The notes beneath the pieces are model-generated. The model made no database searches. It worked only from the letters and a program-made list of their open reading frames with translations, and was not told where the DNA came from. DNA of 64,000 nucleotides, from assembly GCA_043228905.1 (NCBI GenBank), contig JBHGNT010000013.1, forward strand, positions 7,812,001-7,876,000, given 5' to 3'. This DNA comes from Azolla caroliniana. Taxonomy: Eukaryota > Plantae > Polypodiophyta. Made by a program: the position numbers and the translations under genes. Below are positions 13,073 to 22,418 of the stretch, one piece after another (position 1 is the first letter of the stretch; each line of letters starts with the position of its first letter).

Positions 13073-15874
13073 ATACAACACTTCTTCGACTATTCCCACG
13101 ATTTCTTCGTCTTCTTTTATTATTGATGCCGACCGTAACTTATCCTCCACTTTTCGGTATTCTTTCTTCATTCCTTCGGTTACGGCTGTGTACGTGGATG
13201 CCCCATTCGGACCGATTCGTACTTGTTTTGCTCCAAGAGTTTTCTTCCCGTGTGGGGTATTAGGGCTTCTCGGACTATCACTTCCCCACTCTGCAACAGT
13301 CCGCTCTAAAAATCCATCCTTGTTTGGGACAAGACCTTTCTCTTGTTCCTTTCATGATTTGCCGGCACAGTTAGGAATTGGACGGATTTCCCTCCGCTTT
13401 GGCTCTGAATTCGTGCGAAAGTCGCACTGCTATCGAGCACCTTCGTCCCCATCCGTGATGCCATGATAAATTGTTGCCCGAGGATCACGGAATGTGAGAG
13501 GTCGTCTTGTACGAAGAAATTTTGGTCGATTTCGACATCCCCGATCTTCACCATCACATCCGGACAAGCCGCAAGTAGATCTTCTGTTGCTTTAGTGCCT
13601 GCCCGGATCTTCCATCCATGGTTAGTGTTTATAGGCCACTTCCCCTTCTGGTAGAATTCCTTGGACATCAAAATGATCTCTGATCCATGATCAATCAATG
13701 CTACCACGGGCTCTTTGATGTTGCCGATTCGTACCAGAGTCTCCGTAGTTGCATGTGCCCATTGTGGCCTTGTGTAGTGGGAGTTCGGTATTTCGTCCTC
13801 CACTTCGGTGTCACTCATTAAGACGGTATTTGCATTCACCCTTGGAGCATTTTCCTCCGTACTTTGTCTTTTTCTCTTCACGAGATCCACAAGAAGATCG
13901 TGGAACTCCTTCTTCGCTATTCCGAGTAATTCCCGAAGCGAAAATTCTACCCGACTATCGAGGATTCTATCTTCGAACACTTTTTTTAAGTCTGTTTGTT
14001 GTTCGATTTCCGAGGCGAGCTTGAATGCCAGAATAGTCTTTTCTTTGCCCTTCCCTCCGGAGTTCCTGCTTTCCGGTGTCTTTGATGGTCCGGCCGCATC
14101 ATCCGTGCGCCGTCGTTTTTCATCCACATACACGTCATGCAATTGACATAGCGCATGTACGCTATTCTTATATACGGGGCACTCCCATCCAGTAGCTTCC
14201 CGGATACATTCTGCAGCGCTTCGGATTTCATCATGGTCGGCTTTCTTCGAAATTTCTAACACTTCTAGCCAAAAAGACACCTTTGTTGTAGATGACTCCC
14301 CCACACGTATTCCCGCGGTTGTCGCATAATTTTCTTTCGCCTCGATCTCCTCCTCTAGGACCTTCTTCATGCCACCTTTCCAGAATTTCGGTCGGAGTGG
14401 CTTCCGAGAATCCATCAAATGAATCGGATTTCCCTCGTACTAGATAAGATCCCGTCGTAACGCCTCCTTGTGCTCGTCGCAATCTCTCCGATCATGTTCG
14501 GTGCCATTGCACCATATGCATTGACGATCCATGTACTTGGAACTTGTGGGACAGTCTTTCGTCTTCTTCACCATCACGATTTTCAGATTCTCCATCTCCT
14601 TCAGCAATTGCTCCACCATGGTTGCGTTGATTCCCTTCTCGGTCATAGTCTCCCAAGCCCGCGGTTGATGGTCTTTCGATCTGGATCTCGGTTTCGGAAT
14701 TGGTTCCGAAACCCTCTTTTCTTCGTTGGCAAGCCATTGCCCCCTCTTTGTGTATCATGCGACGATATCCCGCACGCTTTCCCATGTTTCGGTGAGGCCA
14801 TTCTCGGTAGTTGTGTCCTCTAGAAGCACTCCAAGATCCTTCCGATCCCAGACGTCTACGGCTCGTAAGAACATGATAACTTTGTCCGGTGCGAGGATAC
14901 CTTGATCTCTCGCAAACAACCTCCCAAACTGACTTTCGAATGCCGAAAACACATCTAGGACCTTCATCCCCTTGTCCGGCGTTTCCACCCAATCCTCAAA
15001 TCCTCTCCGTGTTGCCTTGGAGGAGTCCTCGATAGCGAACGTGGTCTTTAGCGCCTCTTCAAACGCTTCCCACATCGGATTTTGTTGTCATAGCCCGTGG
15101 ATACTTGCTTGAAGCCCGTTGGTAGCTATCCGATTGAAGGATGTCACTTGCAGTCCTTCTGAAATCCTGCACCATATCATTTCCGCCTTGTAGTCTCGAA
15201 GATAGTGGGATACGTCCTTTCCATTGAATTGCCCAATCCGTTGCATGAGCCGCTCTATTGCTGCCGCTATCTCCGACATCGCACGTTGTTCTTGAAGCAT
15301 CCGCTCGAACATCATCATCATGTTGTTAACCTCCGATTGATTTTCCATCTCCTTTCCACCCATGTTCACATGGGGTTCACCACTTGTGTCGTGCCTTTCG
15401 GCGCCGGATCGTTTGCGTGAGTTGGGTGGGAACCACTAGGGTTTTGGACTAGGAGAAAGAAGAATATGAGATAGCATCAGTTAGGAAGAGATAGTAAGAA
15501 GAAGATATGAAACTCGTGAATCCCACGAGTATAATGTATTAATGGGTAATTAGATTGTAAGAGAGAATTAGATGGTAAAATCGTGAATCCCACAAATATT
15601 TTGTATTAATCAATCCTTCTAAAAAAAATCAACAACCACTATACATCTTTCTTTCTTCCTTATATAGTGTTGGAAGAGTCTAAGGTTATCACATGCAAGC
15701 ATTATGCTGTTCCCTAACTTTAGTTTCCATGCACAGTGCATGTGCACGATTAGCTTTCTATCCCATCTTTTCTTTTAACTCGAGTGTGTATGCATGAATA
15801 ACTTTTTGTACCATACATATCTAAAATATTTACATGGGATAAAGTTTAGTATAACTTTAAAACTCATAATCTGC

Positions 15875-15929
15875 TAGTATAGTGGTAAAGCTTAAAAATC
15901 GTTTACATGGAGGTACAGGGTTCGAATCC
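15875..15929 (+). promoter_or_regulatory. tRNA-like Pol III A box/B box cassette inside the gypsy LTR (antisense to the element)
   Basis: A box TAGTATAGTGG 15875-15885; B box GGTTCGAATCC 15919-15929; TTTT ~20 nt downstream. Confidence 0.6.
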
Positions 15930-18606
15930 TACCTTATGCATGTAACAATCTTTTCTTCTATTTACAAATTTGTCTCTTCATCCAGTGAGATTCTCACTGA
16001 ACACATACGATGTACAGAGCATTATAGAGAACTGTTATTTTTTAATAGAGTTTTGTGTCTTCTCTCTCTTTCTCTCTATCTCTCCCACGTATTGTGTATA
16101 TTCAAGCTCTCCATTAAACCCGCGTATTTTTCTGTCTTCGGTTTTCTACTTTTTTCCGCACGCTATTCTTCTGTTTCCGGTATGGCTCCAGTAATCCCTA
16201 ACGTGACGGATTCACGATTTCAGATATGTCGGTTGATGTGGATACCAACCGGTCGACATCTGGATATGTCATGACTTGTGTAGGGGGAACTGTTTTGTGG
16301 CAGTTGAGGCTGCAGAAGACGGTTGCATTGTCAACCATGGAGGCGGAGTACATGGCAGTTGTAGAAGCCGGCAAGGAGATAATCTGGATGAAGGACTTCA
16401 TAGTAGAGCTAGGAATCCAACAGGAGGAATACCAGCTCTACTGTGATAGTCAAAGTGCCATCCACCTTGCAAAGAACGCGGTCTACCATTCCCACACGAA
16501 ACATATCCAGTGGAGGTACCACTGGATCCGGGAGAGAGTAGAAGATGAAGAGTTCATGCTGACGAAGATCCACACGGAGGAGAACGGGTCGGACATGCTA
16601 ACCAAGGTCTTGACAACCCACAAGTTGGACGCGTGCCGAATGTGGATCGGGTTGACGAGATATCCCATGCCAGAGTGAATGGGGAAATTGTTGGGAAATC
16701 GGTCTCTCCGGATGGGATCCGGTGATTGTAAAAGAATACGTTGTGTAGAAGCGTATGCGAAACACAGAGTACACAATTCGAAGGAACAAGACAGTTCGGT
16801 AAAACACAGAAGACGTAGAGATGGAGAGGGAGAGGGAGAGACAGAGACAGAGACAGAGAATACACAGAAACTCAATTCAAATAATACTCAATCTGTACAT
16901 ACATTATGCTCAGTGAGCACCTTTTATACAAGCCTGGACAATAGGGCTTACACAAAAACTGACAATACTTGACCGCTCATAAATGAGCCTACTACACAAA
17001 CTCCCAAAATTATTCCCTTATGAGGAATATCTTTCTAACGGCCTCACGGTTTACGCACCGCTACGGCCTGTTGTGCGCACGGTTTTATGCACCCAGTTTA
17101 CGCACTGGGTTACGCACCCAATTACGCACCAAATGTTGAGCTTGTCTCTCAACACTCCCCCTCAAGCTCAACTTGAGGTTCCATTCGTTCTTCCGGATCT
17201 ACGCTCCGGCTCCTTCTGGCTTCACGCCTCGCTCGCACTCCTTGACCCGTTCGATTCCGCGCGCTCCGACCCTTCAAGCTTGTCTACTTGTTCGGCCCTT
17301 CTCAGCTCCCTTGTTGTCGCGGTGTCGGCGCGTCCTTCGCTACCCTTTTCTCCGCATGGCCTTCAGTTGATTCGGCGTATCCAATTCGAACATTCCGATT
17401 GAGTTGAATGATTCTGATTCAATTCAGCTCTCATCCGAATTGGTTGTCTCCAATTCGTCTCCTGTCTTTAGGCCTCTGACTACATCAAACAATGTCTTGG
17501 TCTTGGCCTTTACGCCCTTCTTGGTTGTATCTCCCCCTGATTCGGTTGTCCTCAGCTCTTTCCTACGATTGTGGCCCTTGCTTTCTTCTTCGGCTTCTTC
17601 AGCCGGTCCGAAATCGAATTCTTCATCCGATTCCTCATCACGGTCACTTCCGCCGTGATGAACACCTCCACTCCTTTCACGCTCTTGTTCCTGTTTGTCT
17701 TCCTTTCTCCCCCTCAAGTTTTGGCATGTCGAGGTGACGCAACCCTAGCTCACCCGAGAAATGTCGTAACTTGTCGAGACCAAGAGGCTTGGTGAAGATG
17801 TTAGCAACCTGCCGATCAGTTGGAACATGCAGTAGCTCAAGTGCACCTGAAAGGACCCGCTCGCAGACAAAATGGTAATGCACCTCAATGTGCTTGGTCC
17901 GGGCGTGGAAAATGGGGTTCTTTGCAAGGTGCATACTGTTGAGGTTGTCACAAAATATCGTCGGCGGATCAGACACCTCTACCTGCAGATCCCATAGCAG
18001 CCGTTTCAGCCAAATGACATCGCACATAGCAATAGTCGCCCCTCGATATTCAGCCTCCGTGCTCGACAGTGCTATTGTCGGTTGCTTTTTGCTGTTCCAT
18101 GCGATCACCGCATTTCCTAATGAGAATGCATATCCAAATGTGGATCGGCGATTGTGGGTGTTTCCGACCCAATCGGCATTCGTGTAACTGACTAACTGTT
18201 CAGCTACGCCTACCCGATAAAACAACACCATGTCTTTCGTGTCGCTGACATAACGCAGTATCTGTTGCGCGCATTGAAAGTGTTCGGCCGTGGGTTGCGG
18301 CATGAATTGACTGATTAGGCCGACTAGATAACTAAGATCCGGCCGAGTAATCGTCAAATAGATAAGGCTTCCAACAATCTGTCGGAACTGTGTCGGGTCA
18401 CACGCCTTCCCTAAATCTCGGTGAAGCTTTGCGTTTCAATCCAGAGGGGTCGAGATGGGCTTACAGTTTGCCATCCCAAACTTGAAGAGCATATTAAACG
18501 CGTAATGACGTTGTCGTAGTGTATTTCGTACACTATGTGAAAAACTTATGAAGTACCGATTTAATAAATATGAATAAATAGTAGAAAATATTAAAATATA
18601 TATAAC

Positions 18607-18676
18607 ATGCATAGGGCAAGATTCGAACCTTGCACCTCCATGTTAATAATGTAATGTCTTACCATTACACTAGCAT
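18607..18676 (-). promoter_or_regulatory. tRNA-like Pol III A/B box cassette in LTR U3 (second copy ~23395-23465)
   Basis: Minus strand reads GCTAGTGTAATGGTAAG...GGAGGTGCAAGGTTCGAATCTTGCCCTATGCAT, then TTTT. Confidence 0.6.
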
Positions 18677-19306
18677 TTCATTAGTATTAAAAAGTAGATG
18701 TCCCACATAGAAAGTTAAGTTCATGTAGGATAAACTTTAGTTAAAAGAAAAAAACGCATGCTAAAAGAAAAAGTTGTGCATGCATATCTAGCGTGTATGA
18801 ACGCTATAGTTTATAAAAAACGCACAAGTTAGAAAAAGCATGATCACTTTAGATAAAGCATATAGTCTATCTATAGAAAAAGCATGATCACTTTAGATAA
18901 AGTATATAGTCTATTTATAGAAAAAGCATGGAGTCTATAGTTAAAGAAAACGCATGGGTTGGAAAAGACTCTCTCATCTCTATATAAGGATGAGGGGCAC
19001 AATGTAAAAGGGGTGTGAAATACTTGGAAACTGGATATGTTTCTAAAAAACACCAATTAATAAACTATACTCGTGGGATTCACGAGGATTCTATATCATT
19101 CTCTTTCAACCCAAATTTATATTCTTATATTCATATTGATTAATCTAATACAATACACTCGTGGGATTCACGAGTTTGCTATAACTCTTTCTTACAACAT
19201 ATTTATATTCTTATTAGCCTTAAAACTCTCCTCTTCCTAGTCCAAAACCCTAGCGGTTTCCACCCGACTCACGCAAACGATCTGACGCCGAAAGGCACGA
19301 CACAAG

Positions 19307-19324
19307 TGGTGAACCCGACGTGAA
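19307..19324 (+). promoter_or_regulatory. Primer-binding site complementary to the 3' 18 nt of tRNA-Trp
   Basis: TGGTGAACCCGACGTGAA is the reverse complement of TTCACGTCGGGTTCACCA (plant cytosolic tRNA-Trp 3' end, from memory); lies 4 nt after the LTR; identical at 45234-45251 (-). Confidence 0.85.
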
Positions 19325-20424
19325 GGCCGGTGGCAAGGAGATGGAGAATCAACAAGAGGCGATGAGCATAACAATGATGATGATGTTCGAGCGGATGCTA
19401 CAAGAACCACGAGTGATGTCGGAGATCACGACGGCAGTAAAGCGGCTCGTACAACGAAACAGACAATTCAACGAAAACGATGTGTCACGCTATCTACGTG
19501 ACTACAAGGCGGAGATGATGCGATGTGGGATACCGGAAGGATTGCAAGTGACATCCTTCAATCGGATTGCCACGGATGCGCTACAAGAGAGAATCCACAA
19601 GATACGGCAACAAAACTCGACATGGGGGTCATTCGAAGAAGCTTTACGAGAGGCATATGATTACAAGAGATCGAAGGGACAAGATCGGCGAGAATTCGAC
19701 GAATGGGTGGCATCGAAGAAGACCCACCGAAGTGCAACACAAGCATTCCTAGAGTTCGAGCATCGTTTTGCTCGATTCTCGGAGCGGGAACAAAGATTGG
19801 AGGATAAAGTCCTAATGTTCGTAAGATCGATTGATCGGAAAGAAAGGATGGACATTGGGATCGAGCTCGAAGATGATGACGGTGCAAACGGTCTTACCGA
19901 GGATTGGGCCAAAGTCGAAAGGGTATGCCGGAGACATGATGAGAGGAAGATGAGAATCTTGTCAACGACATGGCCGATGAAGGATGGTCGATTGAAGACA
20001 AACAAAGGATAAGGCCGATAACCCAAGTGTAGAAGAAGATTTCGGAATACAAGTGTCCGAAACATAGGGTGAAAAAGGGGTAAGCATAATTGATGTTTGC
20101 ATAATTGATGTAGTGAAAGAGAGCAAGGAGGACTTGATTGAGGAGGTCGCCACGAAAGATGACATCGAATCGAAGGTGGCTATGGACGAATTAATAGTGG
20201 ATGGTCATATCGAGACTTCCCCACCATTGATTCCAGAGACTCCGGCGGTTGCATTCGAAAGGCAACATGAGACCGAAGAGACGGAAGGTGGCGAAGAGAA
20301 AACAAAGGTCGAAGCCGATGCGTACGATAGAGAGATAGCCGAGAAGATGGCTATGGGTGAAAAATCTTCTATCCCACACCAAATATATCAAAACCCATAT
20401 CTCCTACATCATCAAATTTGAATA

Positions 20425-20475
<51 letters not shown>

Positions 20476-20536
20476 CACACACACACACACACACACACAT
20501 CCCTTATCTTCCCTATATAAACCCCTCCAATTCTAT

Positions 20537-20594
20537 ATGGTCATGTGCACTGATGAGCTCCTTAGGAGCGAAACTAGTTTGCCACATCGACCAT
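20537..20594 (+). ncRNA. Type I hammerhead ribozyme (minimal palindromic stem III), predicted cleavage after GUU at 20579
   Basis: AUGGUCAUGUGCA-CUGAUGA-GCUCC UUA GGAGC-GAAAC UA GUU-UGCCACAUCGACCAU; complete core; 13-bp stem I with two bulged C; 5-bp stem II; stem III inside palindrome AAACTAGTTT. Confidence 0.88.
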
Positions 20595-21229
20595 TTCTTT
20601 GTATTACTTTTGAAGTTTCTTAATATGAATTAGTTTTTAGTCTATTTCTCTCTCTCTAAACTTTGTACATCTCTCTCTCTCTCTCTCTCTCTATAATTCT
20701 CACTCTTAATCTCACATTCACCCATCGATTGTATACCGTTCGCACTCCTTGTATTGACCTCACGGTCTAGAACTCACAATTCGTAGTAATTTCTATGGAG
20801 GACCAATCCACAGAGACGTGAACCCACGATGGCATATGATCGACGCCCTTCGAGTATCCACTTTGTGTCGAGTTCCCTCATTTCAAGTGGAAGGCATTTG
20901 CAACGGCATCATCGGCATCCCATACATGCCTTCAACATATTATCTCTCACTTCCTTACATCTTTTCATTGTAAGCATGGGACTACATTCGGTAGCCATGC
21001 ATTCCCTTTTGTCTCTTTTAGTATGTGTGCATATGGACTACTTTCAATAGTTGGCCTTTTGCATAATCTTAGTATTTCCTTTCCTTTCCAATGCACAGGA
21101 CTACATTGTAGCCGGCATTTGTATTCAACATATGTTCTACCCTTCCGTTGTAACCAATATACCTTGCATCACTCTCCCTCCCACTCACTTTCTCTTGCAT
21201 GATATCCTTCCCCTATAGTCTCTCTCTAT

Positions 21230-22150
21230 ATTAACTTTACCCCTCTTTTATCTTTACCTAATTCTCAACATACCCTTACCTATTTTCAACTCTACCCCTT
21301 CCCTAACTTTTCAATATTTTCAATGTACCCTCCCCCTTACTTTTCCTTATCTTTAACTCTACCCCTTCCCTAACTTTTCAATATTTTCACTATACCCTCC
21401 CCCTTACTTTTCCTTATCTTTAATTCTACCCCTTCCCTAACTTTTCAATATGTTCACTATACACTCCCCCTTACTTTTCCTTATCTTTAACTCTACCCCT
21501 CACATTTTAACTTTTAGCATCCTCCCCTAATTCAGTTTCTCCTAATTCAGTTTCTCCTATTTTCCAATTCTACCCCTCACTTCTTAATTTTTAGCCTCTT
21601 CCCCTCATTCTCCTTTTTCCTATTTTCTAATCCTACCCCTCCCCTCACCTTTTATTGTTTCCAAATTTTATTTTTTTCTAACCATCACGTCCCCCCTATT
21701 TTTTCCTAATTTGATTTTCTACCCCTCCCTTTACTTTTTCATTGCCACTCTAACTTTACCCCTACCTTTCCCTAACTCACGCCAAGTATATGAAATGATT
21801 TGGGTGCGCTTGAATCGTTCTTGGTGATCTTTTCACTTCATTCCCACTTTGTCAATTTACTCTAGCCCTGTCTCATTCACTAATTTCAATCTACCCCTTT
21901 CCCCCTTCTTTTTTTCTAGAATTACATTCATACCCCTCCCTCTTTTAGTAATTTTCTCGTACCCCTCCCCCTTTCATTCTTCTTAATCTCACTCTACCCT
22001 TTCCTCCTCCACTTTAATTTCCAATCTACCCTCCAATTCTTCCTACCCCCCTCCTTTTATCTAAGATCTCCATACAATCTAACATACTTCACCATCCCTA
22101 ACTCCCACCTCACACACTTCTCTCCTACCCTTCCTCTCTCTTTCTCTCTC
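21230..22150. repeat. C/T-rich minisatellite region; core of three 67-bp tandem units at 21288-~21500
   Basis: AACTCTACCCCTTCCCTAACTTTTCAATATTTTCA...CTTATCTTT units start at 21288, 21355, 21422 and 21489 (partial); degenerate TACCC(C)T motifs continue to ~22130. Confidence 0.85.
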
Positions 22151-22247
22151 ACACTCCCCTACATTGTTTTCACATAAGCCCAAAAAATCTTCTATCCCAC
22201 ACCAAATATATCAAAACCCATATCTCCTACATCATCAAATTTGAATA

Positions 22248-22324
<77 letters not shown>

Positions 22325-22360
22325 CCCTTATCTTCCCTATATAAACCCCTCCAATTCTAT

Positions 22361-22418
22361 ATGGTCATGTGCACTGATGAGCTCCTTAGGAGCGAAACTA
22401 GTTTGCCACATCGACCAT
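22361..22418 (+). ncRNA. Second, identical type I hammerhead ribozyme, predicted cleavage after 22403
   Basis: Sequence identical to 20537-20594, 1824 nt downstream. Confidence 0.88.

Larger units (their letters stand above)
10630..15960 (-). mobile_element. Ty3/gypsy element with gag-PR-RT-RH-partial IN, truncated at both ends; partial 5' LTR 15387-~15960; PBS tRNA-Trp 15365-15382
   Basis: gag (FNGKDVSHYLRDYKAEM), zinc-knuckle-like CIWCNGTEHDRRDC, protease LIDHGSEI, RT LPQGVTNSVAH/PFLDDIP, RNase H VDTSPTGIGW, integrase HHCC; PBS TGGTGAACCCCATGTGAA (2 mismatches to the tRNA-Trp 3' end). Confidence 0.92.
5743..16170 (+). mobile_element. Ty1/copia element: 5' LTR 5743-6161, PBS tRNA-iMet 6162-6173, internally deleted gag-pol, 3' LTR split (10480-~10629 and ~15994-16170)
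   Basis: LTR TGTTGAG...TTTACA; PBS TGGTATCCGAGC (1 mismatch to TGGTATCAGAGC); WYIDSGASNHM protease, IHSDVWGP integrase, LLYVDH RT, RNase H; the 3' LTR halves match the 5' LTR with ~100 bp missing at the gypsy junction. Confidence 0.92.

Noticed and set aside
21300-22101. Interstitial telomeric repeat
   Set aside because: CCCTAA occurs only as isolated hexamers within larger units, never as a tandem CCCTAA or CCCTAAA array
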